From positions 1 to 64,000 of the forward strand of contig JAUCBJ010000315.1 of assembly GCA_032718475.1 (NCBI GenBank): DNA of 64,000 nt. Reading direction: 5' to 3'. Both the position numbers and the translations under genes were made by a program. Below, in pieces: positions 58,964-64,000 of this stretch (the stretch's first letter is position 1; each line of letters begins with the position of its first letter). The notes below the pieces were generated by a model, which worked only from the letters and a program-made list of their open reading frames with translations, was not told the DNA's origin and searched no databases. Origin of the DNA: Nemertoderma westbladi (Eukaryota; Animalia; Xenacoelomorpha).

Positions 58964-61900
58964 TGTTCGCGCTTTCAGACCTTTGGCAGTTTAACCCACC
59001 AAATTAAGATGTCTTCTAGATATTAAATCTGTTTTTTAGTCTATGACAAGTATTTGATTCACTACACTAGTCGAAACCAATCCGTGCGCGACCATTCACC
59101 CGCTGGATATTCCCGGGAGATTGGGTTCGACGGTTTAATTTTTATTGCTATGTAAGCCTAATGTATTATTCGACTGACAGTATTATATAATCTCTGACAA
59201 TATTATTCACCTTCGGTAATATTAACAGTTCCTTTAGGACGTGGCGCTTTATCTATATAAACAGAGTTATGACTTAAACTACTCACAACGATATGGCTTA
59301 ATTATAATTCACATATATGGCGCATTCTTTAGGAATTGCTTCTTTAACAGACTCACTCATACACTATGCTGCACAATACTGCACACTAATATGCCAATCT
59401 TCACTGATTTTAGTCACATATAAAAGGAACACAGGCTGACTCATGTAGGGTCTATCAAATAACATTAGATTCACTTCAAACCACTTTAACATAAGTCACA
59501 ATCGTTATTGGTAACCTTTCTCTCTTACCTTCGGTATATCAAGAATATTGGGTTGCGGGGTTATTTATCGTTATTCCAAATATAATAATTCATCAACCAT
59601 ATTATGAAGAACTGACAGTAAATAGCAGTAAACACAACAACTGAACAGTTAGGTAGATCGGTACATCAGTACCGGTATGTCAGCAGTGAGATATTTACAG
59701 AGATATTCAAGTTAAAGGATATATGCCCTTTATAATTAAACCTACTAGTGTAAGACTAAAAAGCAGTACAGCACAAAAAACTTCCAAGCCGTTCTTTCTT
59801 TGGCTCAAGACTGAATGTAAACACTGCACATAGGCATTGCGTCATTTCTCGGAAATTTTCTGTACAAGGAGCCACAAAAACGCTCTCATTGGCTGACTGA
59901 ACTGAGAGACGCCGTAGAACAAAGGAAATCAACACGTATGAATGTCAGCTGTTAACCGTAGTCATAGTAACTACTGTTCAAGAGTAGCTATCACCCCTTT
60001 GCGTCACGAATTGCCATAGAATCATAAAATATGCCTTTCACAGTACACATACGGAGGAAATAGGTCTTAGATCCTCTAAAAACACCGATACAGCAATAAT
60101 ACGGTCTCTTACACTTATTAAATCAACTACAGAGTATTTTAATGTAAAAGATAATAAAAATAACGGGGCAATTCAGCAAAGGCTTTTACACCGCTCCCAG
60201 AAAATGGGATTTTCAGTCTATAAAATATAAAAATCACAGTTTCTAAAACATAAAGATACTCTAAACAGTTAGTCTTTCTTACGCAGACGGCGTTTCGCAG
60301 TTTTTTGAGGCTAGCAAGAGTCTTTTCTCTTTGGGGGGAGCCACTTTACTAGGAGGGCCATAACTCCTGGGTGAAGGGTGCAATATGATTGCATCAGAAG
60401 GTGTAGGATTGTGGTCGAGGTATCTGCCGTTTCGATATGCTTCTCCTCGAGCTGATTTTCCTCCGCTCGTAGCTGGATACGTTCATCCAAAACTCTCGCA
60501 GAGAATAGGATCGTCCAAGTTCGATAACTTCTTAGAGATTCTGGATTTCCCAATCGAATTGAGATAAGGCCAATTCGTTTATCGATTGGACTCACTGTTA
60601 TAACTTACGTTTATCTGAACAAACGCAGGTTTCCTTTTTGATCTTTATAAAATAGCGTTTAACTCGTTTCGTACAACGCTCTCCTTCCCCTTGATGAGGG
60701 GTTGTATCGCGTTAAACGTGGACGACCATACGGTTGGATAGTGATATTAGGTGTCCGCGTCACAATCCGGCTAGGTAAGATGGGCGGCTAGCTAGAAATC
60801 ACTGTCGGAGTGTTACCGATTAATTGTTAGGGTAGCACTAGATCTTTGAACAGTGAATACAGTCCGCGAGGATCCGCGACACCACCAAGATCGCAGGTCT
60901 GAGGTCCAACTAAGGAATGAGGAGGTTTGACCGAGTATTCCGGGACTCTGATCGTAGGTTTACTCCAGGATCGTTCGAGCCGAGTGAGCATAGGTGATAC
61001 TTCAACAAGTTTCGGTTTACGTGGATGTTTATGTCTTTCCGTTTATTAGTTGGGTCTAGGGCATTTATCGTAATAATACCAAAGACGCACGTCTGGTAGG
61101 GTAAACGCGGGTGATATTTATTTGTTGTTACAATGCTTCTATCAAGAATTCCAAATATACGTTGGAGTTACCGCGTCCATTTGTTTCTTAAGTGTCTTTT
61201 CTTTCGAGTCGATTTCGAATAGAATTTTCGCATTCGAATTTCCGTTTATGGTTCTGACTCCGCTGGGCAGGATATATGGTCGACATAGTCCATATTGTGT
61301 AAATCGATAGGATGACAAGACCATCTTCTATCAACTCCGTCATATCTGCTATATATGAGTTTATCCATATTATAATGAGTTTATATTTAGGCGAGCGGGC
61401 GTCGCTGCCTACCCCAATCAACCCCGGACAGTACGAGATCCTCAGCGCCGATGTGTCGTCGCCGCTGTACTTTCGCCAACGACGTAGCCGCACAACGACA
61501 ACGACAACCGGCACAAGTCACTCAACTGTCCGTCCCAAAGGCTTAGATGTACTTCAGGTTTCCTTGGAGAGTTAGGTTACTTTTACGATTGCGACTAGCT
61601 ACTGTAAACACACCTTAGCAGTAACATTCACCTATAAACTCACAAATACCACACACACAACTTGTCACAAATTACACACACTCGGGTCACTTGTCCGTTA
61701 GTCAATGCCTTCCAGAATGTCACTGTATTATTATGTATCCTTGGATACTATCAGTGCACTATTTATTCCCTATGCTATTCAATGGGACAAGTTTTCTATT
61801 GTTCTTTTAACTCAATTCTAATTCTAGCGTGGTTGTTGCTATGGTGACATTATGCAAAGCTAGCGGTAGAATTAGGGTGATTCCAATGCATACAGATCTG

Positions 61901-62972
61901 GGATGTTATTTAATAGTAATTCTTTAATAGTCAATGCTCTGTTTTATACATGACTTTATGAATTTTATCGGCTATTGACTATGTTTGGGAGACTTTCACA
62001 CACTCATACGCATGATAAGATAAATCTCCGCTCCCTTGATCTATTAATTAATGGAATTTTGGGAACTTTATAAATTGCGTAAAAATGGCAATTTATTAAA
62101 TTCATTAAAAGGCATGAATTTAAATTGATTCCCTGAAATTTTATTATTTGATAATTAAATGGACATATTTGGATTCCAGAACATGTCTAGGGACACAAGA
62201 TCCTTAATTCTAAGAAATTGTCTCTTTAAGAATATCGGTAAATGCTACGATATCTTAATTGACTAGAATTGTTGAAGATCTGAATTTTACAGATTTTGAT
62301 TTATTAGATTTGCAAATATTAAATAATTAATATTTGAGATGGGCACCGATTTATTCCAGAACTTGTCTGGGGACGTTAACCACTGATTCTAGAATTTGTC
62401 TTTCAAGTATATCGGTGGGTGCCGCGATATCTTAATCGACTAGAATTACAGATGGTCAAAGGGTTTAACAGATTTATTTTGCGTTATACGCTACTGTTAA
62501 AGGGACATCACGCTACTATATGTATTATTTAATATACGGTATGAGAGCAATATCGCACGAAGCAATGTCAGTGTGAAGAGGCAAGTCGTTTCCAAGGTCT
62601 ACCCAGAGCTTGGTTTAGCCGAGACACGAGGATCTGAACTTTGCATTCCTAATACTCTGCCTACCAATAATACTTAAATATAGTAGTGGCTTTATTGTAC
62701 TTTAATAAGTACAGACATTTCATCTTACTGTAGTTACGTATTTATAATAGAATACGAGCAGTAAGGAAAGAGAAAATAATTATTTCTCGCCGTCGCACTA
62801 AATATAATATAAGTAATTACGTACGTAATAAACACGAATATATTGCACTATTCTACAAAATAATCGCTAAATAATATTCTACTAAATTAAATAAAACGAT
62901 TATAATAAAATTACATAGTAATACATACATAAATATAAAAATAATAATAGAATATAAAATAATAGAGTCACA
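58964..62972 (-). mobile_element. Putative 3' LTR (~4 kb) of the BEL/Pao element
   Basis: On the minus strand, PPT-like GGAGTGGGCG is followed by TGTGAC at 62972, and the region ends ...GCGAACA at 58964, exactly where homology with the paralogous locus stops. The partner LTR is outside the window. Confidence 0.55.
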
Positions 62973-62990
62973 CGCCCACTCCGAACGATA

Positions 62991-64000
62991 TTAAGTTGGG
63001 GAGTCCCTAGATGTCGGTTGGATTAGGGAAGTGGTCGTGGGAAGAGTTTCTTGCCTTCCATAGTTTCCGGAGAGCTCTCTGTCTCTTTCCAGTAAACATA
63101 AACGTCCCACTGGGCGATTGAGCTGTTGAGTCTCAAAGACTATCCCTGGTTTCTTAAAGTTCCGCCGCATGACGACGAGCTCTACTGATCGCACCAAACC
63201 ATCGCTCGAGATATAAGTCTCGATGATACGTCCTGTTTGCCATCGCTTACGTGGGAGATCGGGGTCCACAATAAGCACCATGTCTCCAGCGCTGACGTTT
63301 TCTTGCTGCGCAAACCACTTAGTTCGAAGTTGTAGAGTGGGCAGGTAATGTTTCTCGAAATGGTCAGCGAAACGACGGGATAGCAACTGCATAAGTTGCC
63401 AGGTTCGACGGCAGTACTCGTCTCCGTCTGTGATCTCCGATTGCGGGAGCATGGCTACGGGTTTCTTCAGTAGGAAGTGCGCGGGTGTTAGCGCTTCCAG
63501 GGAATCCGGATTTGAAGAGACTGGCATAAGCGGTCTTTCGTTGAGATAGGCGGCGATTTCCTCCATTAACGTCCGCAATAGTTCGTCGGTGAGATAAGCG
63601 CGACAAGGCACAATAAAGTGGAACGCAGTCTTCACGCTCCTGATCAATCTCTCCCAACTTCCTCCCCACCAAGGGGCGTCGGCGGCGTTGAAGGTCCAGC
63701 TAGACGCTGTTATCCTTAGCTGATCGTCCACCTGTCTTTTGTTCCAGTCCTTTACGTAAGCTTGAATTTCGTTGTTGGCGCCAATGAAGTTCGTTCCCTT
63801 ATCCGATCTCATCGTGTTACTGGTTCCGAAGCGGGCGATCTGTCGTCGTAAACTCAACACGAAGCTGTTGGTGGATAGATCGTTTACCATATCGAGATGG
63901 ATAGCTCTACAAGTCATACAAACGAAGATGACACACCATCTCTTGACTATAGTCCGGGCACGATATACTTCAATAGGGCCAAATAAATCCACACCGGTAT
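62991..64000 (-). mobile_element. BEL/Pao LTR retrotransposon integrase (C-terminal end of pol)
   Basis: GVDLFGP...RAIHLD...SDKGTNFIGA...APWWGGSWERLIRSVK...LNERPL...LTPAHFL...KW...GDMVL...DGLVRSV...RPVGRLCLL, the typical BEL DDE integrase and C-terminal motifs. Confidence 0.93.

Overview
AT-rich invertebrate animal genomic DNA, mostly nested transposable elements and locally duplicated blocks. Host genes: two inverted, divergently oriented copies of a 3-exon NeuroD-family bHLH gene (28390-29551 minus, with a frameshifted C-terminus; 56212-57764 plus, intact 268 aa) and one intronless ORF for a probable GPI-anchored Cys-rich, Ly6/uPAR-like protein (40318-41010 minus). The most striking structure is a quasi-palindromic TAGTACTG/TAGTAGTACTG microsatellite just downstream of each NeuroD copy. 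It has been hit repeatedly, in both orientations, by several divergent CRE-clade non-LTR retrotransposons (RT plus restriction-like endonuclease). One insertion appears flanked by a ~175-220 bp duplication of the array itself, so the elements may amplify their own landing pad. These CRE proteins carry a CXC-like Cys-rich N-terminus. A further CRE with an intact 1185-aa ORF has a 13-bp TSD, a tandem-repeat insertion inside the RT palm and a multi-layer nest of elements in its 5' UTR. Also present: CR1, RTE and other LINE fragments, hAT-like, piggyBac-like and Helentron-like non-autonomous elements, a tRNA-derived SINE, and the 3' end of a BEL/Pao LTR element with a putative ~4-kb LTR. All calls are by eye; no database searches were run.
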